Shown: positions 52,376 through 64,000 of the stretch, piece by piece
Layout of the letters: each line of letters begins with the position of its first letter
Numbering within the stretch: the first letter of the stretch is position 1
Source of the DNA: Schmidtea polychroa
Lineage: Eukaryota
NCBI GenBank assembly: GCA_044892525.1
Contig: CM097885.1
Coordinates: 16,184,001-16,248,000, forward strand
Direction of reading: 5' to 3'
DNA: 64,000 nucleotides
Translations under genes and position numbers: made by a program
The notes under the pieces: generated by a model
Database searches by the model: none
Told to the model about the DNA's origin: nothing
The model's input: only the letters and a program-made list of their open reading frames with translations

Positions 52376-54478
52376 TGTACATTTTTTAAAATAAAAACTT
52401 TCCGAAACAGTCGCCAAATTTTGCCTCCCTTTCCAAATACGCTACATACCCTTCACATATACATATTATTTATTCTTGTATGAAATATTTTTTTCTTATT
52501 TAAACAAAGTGTTTTATAATACATTAAAACATATAATAAATTAAGCATTGTCAAATTATCATTATATTTAATTTTTAAATAATACAATAGAATGCAATAT
52601 ATCAAATAGTATAAAACAAGACAAAATTAACATATCATTACAGAGTAAAAAACATAATAAATATCTTATTATGTAATATTTTTATTTTTTTGCTAAACCA
52701 TATATTTACATTATACTCTATGAGCTATATATTTAACTTTTATATTAAAAAGAATATTTCAATTTCTCAAAAAATATAACATTTACTAATATTGTATTCA
52801 TTATTAATATTTTCTAATATTTAAGAAACTACAAAATTAAAAGAATAATTGTTATCAGACAGGTTTTAGTGCTTTCCTGTTAGTTGTTATTTTTTTATTA
52901 ATTTATTTTTAGTTTGATCTCTAATTATTATTTATTTAACAACTTTAGCTTATTAGCTAATTACATGAATATTCTATATATAATACTTTATGCTAAATTA
53001 CACTTAATTTTTTAAATGAACACTAGTCGAGTTTTTCTTTACCAATGGTGGGTTTTTACTTCTCTTGTAAATTTATCTATGTTTTCAATTTGTACTATTT
53101 TATCCGGTAATTTATTATATATTTCTACTCCTTTGTAAATTATCCCTCCTCAAGTACAATATTTACTTTTACAGCCTTTTTTGCTTTTTCAAGTTTTTTA
53201 TTATTTCTTTTATTATCTATTATCTTTTTTATTATCTATTTTCTAAGTTATTATTATCTTTTTTATAATCTTTTTTTTAAGTTTTTTATTATTTCTAGTA
53301 TTATAATTATGTAAATCTATACCTCTATTTAAGTACTTATTAAAATAATACAGAAGTAATTCTTTATCTAATTTATACATAAATGCAATAACATTCACTT
53401 TTATATCATCGTTTATACTACACCATTATAATTTATTAATACAAAATATCTGAAGAAGTACAAGGTGATTAATTCAATTTTTAATTTTTGTATAAGGCAG
53501 GTTCGAGTGATTCATTTTAAGTTTACAAATAAACAAATGGATTTTTATGATTTTTTCAATTATGGTGTTTATTTGTAATTGTGTTATTTTTATAATTTCA
53601 TAACCTCATTTTAACAACCTTGAATTGTAAAATTTATTTGTAATTTCGAACATCCAAAAAAACATGTATTGTGTTTGTATATAAATAAATACAATGATGC
53701 ATTAAAACGTACTTCATATTAACCAAAGAATTATGCAGAATTCCTACACAATAATCATATATGATGCGTATAATTATGTAATATGAAGAGCAATCAAATA
53801 CCCAATTATAATTATATCATGATTAACACGCAAACAATTGCACTAGACTAAATGAACTATTGAAATGTAATGGCTAACTCTTAATAATACATACTAAAAC
53901 TTTATGCTTTTGAACATGATCCAGAGTATTTCAATAGAAATGATGTGCCTATACTAAATGTCTAAAGATTTATTGTTATCATCATGATTTTTTGGACAAA
54001 TTGTTTATAGAATTACATTTATTTTCAATTATTTACACTTTATCGTTAATCAAGTTTGAATTTTAGACCTTTTCTTATGATTCGCCATTCACTACTGATC
54101 GTCTCGATGATGAGGCCACTAAGACCCTTTACACTTACAATTCCAATTATGGATTGATAGAAAGTAAGCAGTATTCATATAGAATTCACCTTTGAAATGC
54201 TTACAAATTGTTCATTTTATCCACCACTTAACTATTTGTAACCGTATTATCGTCATTTTATTATCAATTAGCTCTCTTCATTCTGATCATTTGCGTAATA
54301 ATCAGATGACATAATTCAATAGATATATTTTGTACTTCTCCACTTATAAATACAATTTAGGTTTATTGATTGTCTGAGAACCATGATTTATAGATATTTA
54401 TTTCATTACGTCACAATTTTACTAATGTTCCAATAATTATAATATTGTTAATATTACTGCTAATATAGTTAATATTTA

Positions 54479-54605
<127 letters not shown>

Positions 54606-54903
54606 ATTATAATCTTAAATTAAACGTAAGTTGAGCATACTTAATAAAGTAATTTACATTGGTACTTGATTGATGGTCAAATTACTTGAGGGGGTCATAA
54701 ATAAATTATAATTTTAAAATCCAAAATTTAAGTTAGAAATTTATAAATAAGCAACTTACATTAATACATTTTAGATGAGATTAGTAGTGGTGGCACTTTA
54801 GGGGGGTCAAAAATAAAATTTGTAAATTAATATTTTGATTCTCAAATACAAGATGAATAAATATATAGATGATCTATATAAGTGAAATTCTTAATAAGTA
54901 GAT

Positions 54904-55740
54904 GACTCCTAGTAATACACGAAGCAATAAAACACTTCCAACATTTACTCGAAGGACGAAACTTAAAAATATTCACAGATCACGAACCGCTACCTAACGC
55001 AATCGAAATGAAGAATCCCTCACCAAGGCAAATTAGACAAATCAACTTTATTTTACAATTCAACTGCACAATAAACTACGTAGCGGGAAAATCAAACATA
55101 GCAGCTGTCGCTCTATCAAGAAACGAAAGTGACATAAACTCCCTGGAATTCGAAGAGATAATAGCACGACGTCTCTAACGAAAGCAACAAACGAATATTA
55201 CTTCAGGAGGAATTCTGCGAAAACTGCATCGAGAAGATGCACAAGATTAATCATTCAGGAAACAAAGTAACATTCGAACTAATACACAACAATTATATAT
55301 GGCCTAACATGCGGAAAGACATCAAAAAATACGTCAAGATCTCTCACAGCTGTCAATTAAACAAAACAACAAAAAAACTCAAACCTCTAAAAGTAAACTT
55401 CCCAAGCAGCGAAGTCTTCTAAACAATACACACAGATATGGTAAGACCACTACCACCAAACGACAACTACAAATACCTGCTGACAATTATAGACAGGAAA
55501 TTCAACTGGTTCGACGTCATCCCAATAAAAGAAATCACCGCAAAAAATATATGTGAAATGATCGAATTAAATTGGATAGCTCGTTATGGTCAACCGAAAA
55601 CAATTATAACCGATCAAGGCAGACAGTTCGAATCAGAAATGTTCAAAATACTCTGCAACAAATACAACATCAAAAGGAACCGAACAACAGCTAACAACCC
55701 ACAATCAAACGGAAAAAAGAACGGTTCCACAGAACATGAA
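54904..55740 (+). pseudogene. Gypsy RNase H/integrase fragment, paralogue of 10974-11900
   Basis: Near-identical sequence, with the same upstream junction. Confidence 0.9.
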
Positions 55741-55744
55741 AAGA

Positions 55745-57165
55745 AAGCATATATAGCAAAGAAATTTTGCCTTCTGGGTCAGGTAGTTTAAGAGTGAATT
55801 GTATATTAGTGCTAGTGGAGTTTGCATGTGCCAAGATTATATTGAGAGGTACCGCGGAGACTATGAAAATGTCATTAATGTATCTTTTCCACATCAGGAT
55901 TTTATCTCCAAAAAATAATCTAATATTAGATTCTATATAATGCATGTAGAAAATGGCTAAAATCGGCGAAACGTTGTTACCCTTGGCTAGACCATGAATT
56001 TGTTTGAACGGTTTTCCTTTAATTAATACAATTTGACAATTTCTATGAAATCTTGTTCAGATAAGTCGGCAAAAACAGTTTCTGGTTTGAAGGTTTCGAA
56101 GAAAGAAGATGCAACTGTGAAGACGTTGTTCTCTCCAGTGAGAGGGATGGATCGATAAAGATTTGAAACATCAAGAGATCCCCAAAAGTATTGTTGCTCT
56201 AATGATGTTGAAAGAGATAGGTTTGTAATTTCTGCAACAAATTGGTTTGTGTTTTTAAGATGACAGGGGATAAAATTTATTAGATTTTTAAGGATTTCAG
56301 CAAGAATCCTTGAAAGAGTTGTGAATGGCGTGTCAACAACACATACAAAAGGTCTATCATTTATAGGATCTTTGTGATCTTTGAGCAATATTGTCATGGT
56401 ACTATGTAAAGGTTCACTGCAATTGCATTTTGTAAGTAAATTTCTGATTTCGAGGTTAGTCTGTTTGTTAGCAATGACAGCAAGTTTCTTATTAAATGCG
56501 ATCTGCGAGGAGGATGGTAAGATCATTTTGTTTATTGCGGTATAATTGGCGAGATGTTCGTTGAAGAGTGATTCAATAATGATCTAAGTTAAGCGCCATA
56601 AGTCATTTTGTCTTATCTGAGGGCAGAATTGTTAAATCTTTAAGGTTTATAAGTGTTTGTATATTACGAGTGAGAGATTTTTGTGTCGAGAGTTGCTCTT
56701 TTATGAGATAAGCCTGTTTCTTGACAATTTTCCTAATGTCATTTTCCATACTGATAATGTTCTCATCAATGTCATTTGGAAGGTCCGGAATGTTGCCGTA
56801 TGTTCTACGATTTGGATTGAGAAGATGATTATATTTTTCAGCGATGTTCGAAGATTCTGAATGAGATTCGGTTATTGATTTTTTTTGTTTTTAGATGTAA
56901 TCCAACTTGTCTTCTTAGACTTTCAAAAGTAGCATTAGTTATAATTTCAGTTTTGTTAATATCTTTCAGGTTTGGTGTTGGCACGAAAGCTGGTCCCTTA
57001 ATAAGAAGATTTTCTTGTGCTTTGGTGAAAATGTAGTCGGATTTGTTTATAAAAGGTTGTGTTGTTTCTAAGACCTTGGTGTTGTTAGATGTTTTTTGAA
57101 TAAGCTTATTATTTTTATACACCAACTGGCATTTGATTATCATCAAATGGGCATTGATTTGCATA
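55745..57165 (-). pseudogene. Penelope-like retroelement reverse transcriptase, truncated
   Basis: LLIKGPAFVPTP, KDHK....RP, SLDVSNLYRSIP, QIHGLAKGNNVSPILAIFYM, WKRYINDIF. Confidence 0.85.
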
Positions 57166-57439
57166 TTTAATAATATAAATATTAACTTACCTATAATAAA
57201 TGTGTGTGTGTCATAGCCAGAAGGGCCATTGAATTAGCTAGGTGACATTCAATTAGCTCTTACACTATAGAAAGATAGAAAAAATCGCTGTTGGAAGAAA
57301 AATAAATAAATACATACAAACACGGTTCTATAATAAAAAATACACACTATAGGACATTGATTTATCATGCGGACATTCGATTAGCGAAAAACTTTCCATT
57401 TAAAATTAATTAATTATAAAAAAATATACAAGAATATGT

Positions 57440-57800
57440 CAGAAACTTCATCAGAATCGTCTATTTCATTTCAAGAAATACATAGATGAATGCTCTTCAA
57501 TAGATGGACGAACAAGAGCTTCGGTAGATCACGAGTAGACAATAGAATTTATAACAATATACCAACAAATCGAGGTCTCAATTTTCAAAGATGAGCTAAT
57601 CCATTTACAATAATATATCTTCATTGACTATTCAAATAGAAAAATTGCCATATAATCCATTTTTGAACCCCATCGAAAGTGTTGAGCAAAATTAAAAATG
57701 GGGTAAGGACTAAAGTTTCTTCGGTTGATGGATTTTCCAGACACATTTACCTTCAATGAATGATTTACTGCAATATTCCAAGCAGTTAACGAGGAACTAT
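57440..57800 (+). pseudogene. degenerate Tc1/IS630-type DDE transposase fragment
   Basis: LPYNPFLNPIE...SKIK near 57645-57700. Confidence 0.4.
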
Positions 57801-58059
57801 GAAAACCAGATCATAATAATTTCAAAAATCATATTAATAATCATATTAAAGATTCTTCCATAAATTCTTGATATTTTAATAAAACTATGAAAAATTTAAT
57901 GTATATATTATAATAAATAAATAAATATCTTACTTCTTTATTCATTATTTTAACAAAAATTCTTAAAATTAACTAAAATCCAGAACAAAGCTTATTTGAC
58001 AAAGCTAAATGAATGTCTCATTTATGATAATTAAATGCGCTTTGGTGTATGACTTAGGT

Positions 58060-58089
58060 GGCCGAGCAACGCCGGGTAGCCCAGCTAGT
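58060..58089 (+). mobile_element. Helitron 3' terminus
   Basis: GC-rich CCGAGCAACGCCGG hairpin about 10 nt before CTAG|T. Confidence 0.6.
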
Positions 58090-59399
58090 CACACTATGAA
58101 TAAGCAATTTATGATGACTGAATTAATGACATTGATTTGTTTTGACTTTATCTCATATAAGCATCAATTTATTATAGAGTTATTCAGTAAAATATAATGG
58201 AATATGAAATTTCTGTATACAAGGAATATAAATACGAGGAGAAACCGGGTAGTAAAAAATAAATAAAAATTATTAATTTGTTTTACTTCACTCATTGTAA
58301 CAGATTAACATTTAGCTTTTTAATAAATAATAAATTTTTTATTTTAATGTTAGTGAAACAGGTTCAGTACAATATAGTAAACAATAATGTAAAGATCGGA
58401 AAATTTTTAAGCGAAGTTTTGAGAATTAATATTTTGTCATTTGTTTTTAATTATTATTAATAACTGAAAATAGACTTTTCCATTTGTTTAATATTTTCTA
58501 ATTATTTTCTTTATTTTTACTTTGTTTATATTTTTATTTTTATATTTCCAAAAATTTCCTAATTAAATAACATTTAAATAAGTTACATAATACACATTAT
58601 TTGTTGATTTTCCAACAATTTTCCATTGTTAATAAAAACGTATGAGAAAATATTAAATTTATTTTTTAACTAATTATATTAAATTAATTGTTGAAAAAGT
58701 TAAAAAATAAACGAAAACCATTAAAATTAAACAAATTTATATTAAATTAAAATGAATTTGATTGGGCAATTTAACTAAACATACCACGCAACGTCTCTCA
58801 GCGTTTGGGCAACGGATACCGCGGAAATAGCAAGATGTCCATAGAGGTAAATACACAAGGACAAGTAGAACAAAACCAAAACAATTAATTAAAATTTTTG
58901 AATGGGGTCAGCGTCAGAGAAAAATTAGGATTTAAAACGGTGGCTTTCAAAATGTGGACTGCGAGATCGATTGAGGATATGGAAGATTTAGGAAACCTGG
59001 GCAAGTTTGCATTTTAGAATTACATATCTTTATGAAGTCTTATAACAATGAAAGACAGATCAAAAGAAAATTTACGATGCATTCCAGAAATAAACGCAAG
59101 AAAACCTTTTCCAGCCCCTTTAAAATCACTCATTAAAATTTATTGATTTTTACTTGATTAATATATAATATAACTTTCTTGATTCCTTCATGTCCTTTTA
59201 TTAGAGACCTCAAAGAAAATATATTTTAGAATTTGAGATCACAGATAAAATAGCCTAGGAACCTGCTGATACAAAGGATTTATTGGCATTGAAGTAACAT
59301 AAAAATAAAAATTATTCATCAAACATGTTTTCAAGAATAGATGTTTATTTAAGGTTGAGGCCTTCATTAAATATGGAAAATATAAAAACATGAAACGAA

Positions 59400-59790
59400 A
59401 AATGTTTTTGGTCTTTTTGAGAAGGCCAAAAAGTCATAACCATACAATATGATCATATATTTCTGCTGACAAGTATCAAGTACAAAGGCGAAACCCCATT
59501 AAAAGGCAATATTATGACTTTCAATGACATTGGTAATTTTGAAATACAATTTATCATTTCTACTATCCTTTTCTTCGGTAATGGAGATCTCTTCAAACTG
59601 ACCATCAAGGTCCAGCAATTCCTGAGGGGGTGCAGCATAATTCGGTACATCATCTATTATAATAGCAAACGATTCAATTAATAAAAATATATTTACCTAT
59701 TTCTATAGCATAGTTGTAGTGGACTATTTCTGGCATTGTGACAAATTCTATGTTGAAATTCAATTCTTTGAGTTCCAATTTTAATAGGTC
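59400..59790 (-). pseudogene. unidentified spliced gene fragment
   Basis: CCCCCAG acceptor and a ~42-nt GTAAAT...TAG intron join EIVHYNYAIEI to DDVPNYAAPPQELLDLDG; stops present. Confidence 0.3.
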
Positions 59791-60050
59791 CTGGGGGATA
59801 AATAAAAAAACAAAATATCAGTTATTATTATTATTATTATGAGGAAGTTGAAAGATTCGTAAAGATTAATTAGAAATTTTGTTAAAATTTAAAATGTATT
59901 TTTATTGAAAAATATTTTAAAAAGAACGAAATTTATAATTTTTAAAAAATATTTTTATCAAAGAATATTTTAAGAAAAACTGAAATTTGTTTAAATAACA
60001 AAAATAAGAACAGGCAAGTTTTTGAGTATGTCATTTATTAAATAAAATTT

Positions 60051-60745
60051 ATGGAATTATTTAGGGATTTGAAAACGGATGAGAATCCTAATATGGTGGC
60101 AGCGGTAAACACCGACGCGATAACCGAAAGATTATTGCCAAAGGTGTTCTGTCAAGGTGATGACTTGGAGAAATTCATAAGAAGATCCGAAATTTATTTC
60201 GATGCTAAAGGCATCAATAAAAAAGAACAGGAAAGATTGACTGCATGCATGATCGACGAGGATCTATTGGAGAAATATGCGAAGACAGTTAAAAAAGCAG
60301 AAGGATTTCAAGCCAGGTTACGAATGGCATTTATTTACGAAAGAGACGTAATGAAGGATATGGAAAGTTTATTGAATTATAAAAGAGGCGAAGAGATTGA
60401 AACATATTTTTAAAAAGTGGAGGATTGTTTGAGAATAAAGAATTCACCAAAGAGAAAATAACAGAAAAGATGTTGATAGTATGTACTGAGAATAAAGAAT
60501 TTTAGAAAGAAGTAATATTGCGGAAGGTAAAAAGCACAGAGGAGATAAAGGAAACATTAATTCTGATGGATAAAGTGAACAGGCAGAGAGATCAGATCAA
60601 CGCTATGAAAAGTTATGCAAGAGTGGTCTATCAGGATCCACAGAGAAGAGGGCAGTACAAGCAGAAAGATGAAAGAGAAGAAGTCAGGCGACGAGAAGAG
60701 CCAGAGTGCTGGCTATGCCACAAAATAGGCCACACGAAAATAGAA
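60051..60745 (+). pseudogene. Gypsy-type gag remnant with zinc knuckle
   Basis: CWLCHKIGHTKIEC (CX2CX4HX4C); stops and frameshifts. Confidence 0.65.
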
Positions 60746-61560
60746 TGTTTGATGAAATTATTGAATTAAGAATAATGAAAATAAAAGTTACTCGAACTTT
60801 CATATCCGATCGAGCTATTACATTAGGAGAACAAAATAATATTGATATCAAAGCTTCCGGCTGGTGGATTGACGGTTTCATGAAAAGAATGGGACTGTCA
60901 CTTAGAAGAACAACCAACTGTACGAATTTATCAGATGATACGTTAATTTCCCTTGCCATTGATTATATGGGTTTTTAAGAGCTACGATCCCTAATGTTGA
61001 CTTGTCGAAAACATTGTTAATGGATGAAATAGTTGTTTATTTCGAAGATAATAGGACCCATTCAGTTGATTTAAAAGGACGAAGACACTTAATAATGAAA
61101 TCAACAGGGTTTTATTCCGTGCGAATAACAGTAATTGTGTCAGTTTGGGCTAATGGAAGAAAAGCTGTTAAAAAGTGGTAAAAAAGGTAAAAAATTCTTT
61201 TGGAAATATTAATTCGATCACCAATATTTATAGAGTTACATAAGAAAAATGGATAAATCAAGATTTAATAATCGCATGGATAAATTTAATGTTTCCAATG
61301 TTTTCTAGTCAAGAAAAATGTATGGTATGGGCTTCTTGCCATGCTCATATATCAGAACGTATAAAAGAGAACTGCAGAAAAAGAAATATGAAACATGTGG
61401 TAATACCAGGCGGATTAACCGCCTATTTACAAGCAGGAGATACTGGGATTTTTAAAGAATTTAAAGACTGAATTTCCAGTTTTATTAATATTTGGAAAAA
61501 CTCAGAGGAAATAGAATACACAAGACGTGGAAATCCCAAGTCTCCTTCAGTTCGAGGTGG
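60746..61560 (+). pseudogene. pogo/Tigger-type (CENP-B HTH + DDE_1) transposase remnant
   Basis: KASGWWIDGFMKRMGLSLRRTT, MDE, VIPGGLTAYLQAGDTGIFKEFK. Confidence 0.85.
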
Positions 61561-61860
61561 CAATGAAAAAAAGAAACCAAGATCCATGTAGAATACGCCA
61601 GATGTAATGACCTATCGGAATCAGCCTATTTCATCTGCCATCATCTCATCCTTCACAAATAACTTAGCTACACAACTAAACACAAACAAAATTGATACTC
61701 AATTTGCCTTAAATGAAATGGAAAACATTAATGGTAACATTAATCCATAAAGATATCATTTGCCTAAAAAGCTGATGTAATTCATAAAAAATTAAAATCT
61801 GACTGCAAACTTTTATCTGTTAAAAGATTTAAATTTAAAATAAAACCTAAAGAGGAGATA

Positions 61861-63300
61861 ATGAAATTATTAAGTGATCACGAACTGAGTCATGGAGCAA
61901 ACTCTAGGATGCATATTGCAATAATGAACACGGCTTACCGTATCTTTGCATCCATAATAAATAAGCGTATATTAGAATGGATAAAAGGTAATTTGGTTAC
62001 TCCTAATCAAAACGCAATTGGAGCACCTGACGGATGTGCTGAGCATAATATGATAAAGATTATTCCATAAGAAACAACAAAGACATTCACATAATATAGC
62101 TGGATATTCAAGACGCCTTCGGATCCATCAAACATGACCTCATATGGCACACTTTAACAGAAATGAATCTTATTGACAAAACCATAAATCTAATAAAAAT
62201 AGGTATAATGGCGTAAAGACTTTCTTTGAATGTGAAGGAGAAAAATCATCTTCAGTACCTTTTATAAAGGGGGTTAAACAAGGTTGCCCCATATCTATGA
62301 CTATGTTCTGCTTGGCAATTGATTTTATACTAAATTAATCCTAAAAATATCCATTTCATTTCCCTGGACATAAAATCAGCATATAAGCTTACGCAGGCGA
62401 TATCGTACCAGTATATGACTCATATATATTACAATTGAAAAAGCACTGGCACAAACAGTTAGCCTTGCACCAGAAGTAAATTTAAATTTTAAACCATCAA
62501 AATCAGGATATTTCTCCTTAATAAAAACGGCTGGAATATTTATAGATATTTAGGAGCCGATTTATCTGATAAACATATACATAATATAGACGGAAGGCTA
62601 GAACAAGCACTCATAGACACTATGAAGATCTGCCAATCACACCCAGCACAGAAAATCTCAGCCTATCAAATCTTTATAAACTCACATCTAATGTTCACCT
62701 TCCGCAATTGTGAAATAAATCATTCGATACTCGATTCAATAAGTAAGAAAGCAGTAATGGGTTTCGACCAAAATTTAGAGCAGTGATTAGAGAAGTATTG
62801 CTAGATAAAATATCACAACTGAACTATAGATGAATACCTTATTCAGAGCATTATACATCCAACACGCTCCTTAAACTCGAATGACAGGTTTCAGGAAACT
62901 AGTAATATCAGAACTAACACAAGCGAGAGGAAAAACAATTGCGAAGCAGCACTCTCCTGGCTAAATGGTGATTTATCGATCAGGCTCTTAATAAAATATG
63001 CAAATCTATTAAAATTATAGAAATTCAAAGTATTATACAGCTAGGAATAAAGCATCGTGAGAACTGTAAATACTGCTTCATAGACAATCTCCACCAGATA
63101 TCTGAAGAACTTCATAATAAAATAGCTCTAATAAATTCAGAGAAATGGCACAGAAATATATAGCCAAAGCTATTAGCGAAAGCAGATAATTTGACAGACT
63201 CGCAGTTTTTATTCCTAATTTATGCTAGAAACAATTTATTGAAACTTAATAATTCCCCGCATACACCCGTTTGCACTGAATAAGCTCATCTGTAATATGG
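61861..63300 (+). pseudogene. non-LTR retrotransposon RT remnant (R2/R4/NeSL-like)
   Basis: IAIMNTAYRIFASI, PNQ, GCAEHN, LDIQDAFGSIKH, GVKQGCPIS, AYAGD. Confidence 0.8.
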
Positions 63301-63364
63301 GTTGGTGTGTACAATCCATTATATTCCAGATGCGTCATAATTTGTGATGTATTTCAGATGGAAT

Positions 63365-63480
63365 TGTTGGGTTTTAGGTAATATAATTCGGTAACCTCTG
63401 ACTCCTCGTGTCCTTTTAATCAAAACAATAAACTACCCAACCTATATTTGAATCACAAAAATATATTCTCTTAACAATAA
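63365..63480. repeat. diverged fragment of an LTR related to element D
   Basis: TGTTGGGTTTTAG...CTCTGACTCC...AATCAAAACAAT...CCCAAC resembles 43951-44040. Confidence 0.6.
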
Positions 63481-63497
63481 ACAATCAATAATCAAAG

Positions 63498-63699
63498 TAA
63501 GAACTTTTTCCGATTTCACCACTGATTATTTTTCCATTGAATTTATTAAAAAGAGAGCTTCAAGACTATAAATCAGTAATATATCGATGTTTTATGAAAT
63601 TCACTTGAAAAAGGCAGTGCAGAAAATTCGTGAAGCTCTCTTTATAATAAATTCAATGGAAAAAATAATAAGTGGTGAAATTGGAAAAAAAAGTTCTTA
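63498..63699. repeat. ~65-bp imperfect inverted repeat pair (MITE-like)
   Basis: 63498-63562 is the reverse complement of 63631-63699. Confidence 0.7.
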
Positions 63700-64000
63700 T
63701 AATACATGTTTAAGGATCTTATGCTTGATTTCTCTGAAACCTTCAGAATATGTAAATACTAAAGCGTATTTTTTCACTTTCCGAACTTGACAACATAATA
63801 ACTTCAACATCAATAAGATCATTACCTTCAGACAAACCGATACAAGGATCATGAGTATTCAATATCCATTTATTAACGGTCTCTTTTGTCAAGAAAAGAT
63901 TTAGGATATCCATTTTTTAGAAGCAGCACAACCAAATAATTTACACTTTTTACTGAATTGATAAACGTGGATGATAAAAACCATCCCCGAAATTCTAATC

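Overview
Very AT-rich eukaryotic genomic DNA. Introns of 41-64 nt, long (AAT)n tracts and a TRAF gene fit a planarian-like invertebrate (inference only). Apart from one three-exon TRAF-like host gene (1621-3033), the window is a nest of mobile elements. (A) A 6.2-kb internally deleted Polinton/Maverick (4137-10306; AGTAG termini, 6-bp TSD) carries protease, integrase, pX-like and ATPase remnants plus an intact TATA-binding-protein-like ORF. (D) A minus-strand Gypsy-type LTR element (12125 to about 44821; tRNA-Trp PBS, PPT) has a degraded polyprotein reading gag / chuvirus-like glycoprotein / protease / RT / RNase H / integrase / second type-I membrane protein. (C) A near-complete 13.7-kb Polinton/adintovirus (24911-38659; perfect ATCTCC TSD) sits in the integrase of D. 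It has a broken pPolB, open capsid, penton, protease and ATPase genes, a PLA2-integrase fusion, two tandem tRNA-Trp-like Pol III RNA genes, and termini that are each self-contained ~300-bp mini-elements. (B) A foldback remnant related to A carries an IAP-type RING pseudogene. The remainder is MITEs, other Gypsy fragments, and Penelope, pogo, non-LTR, hAT and Helitron debris. All homology calls come from motif recognition by eye; no searches were run.
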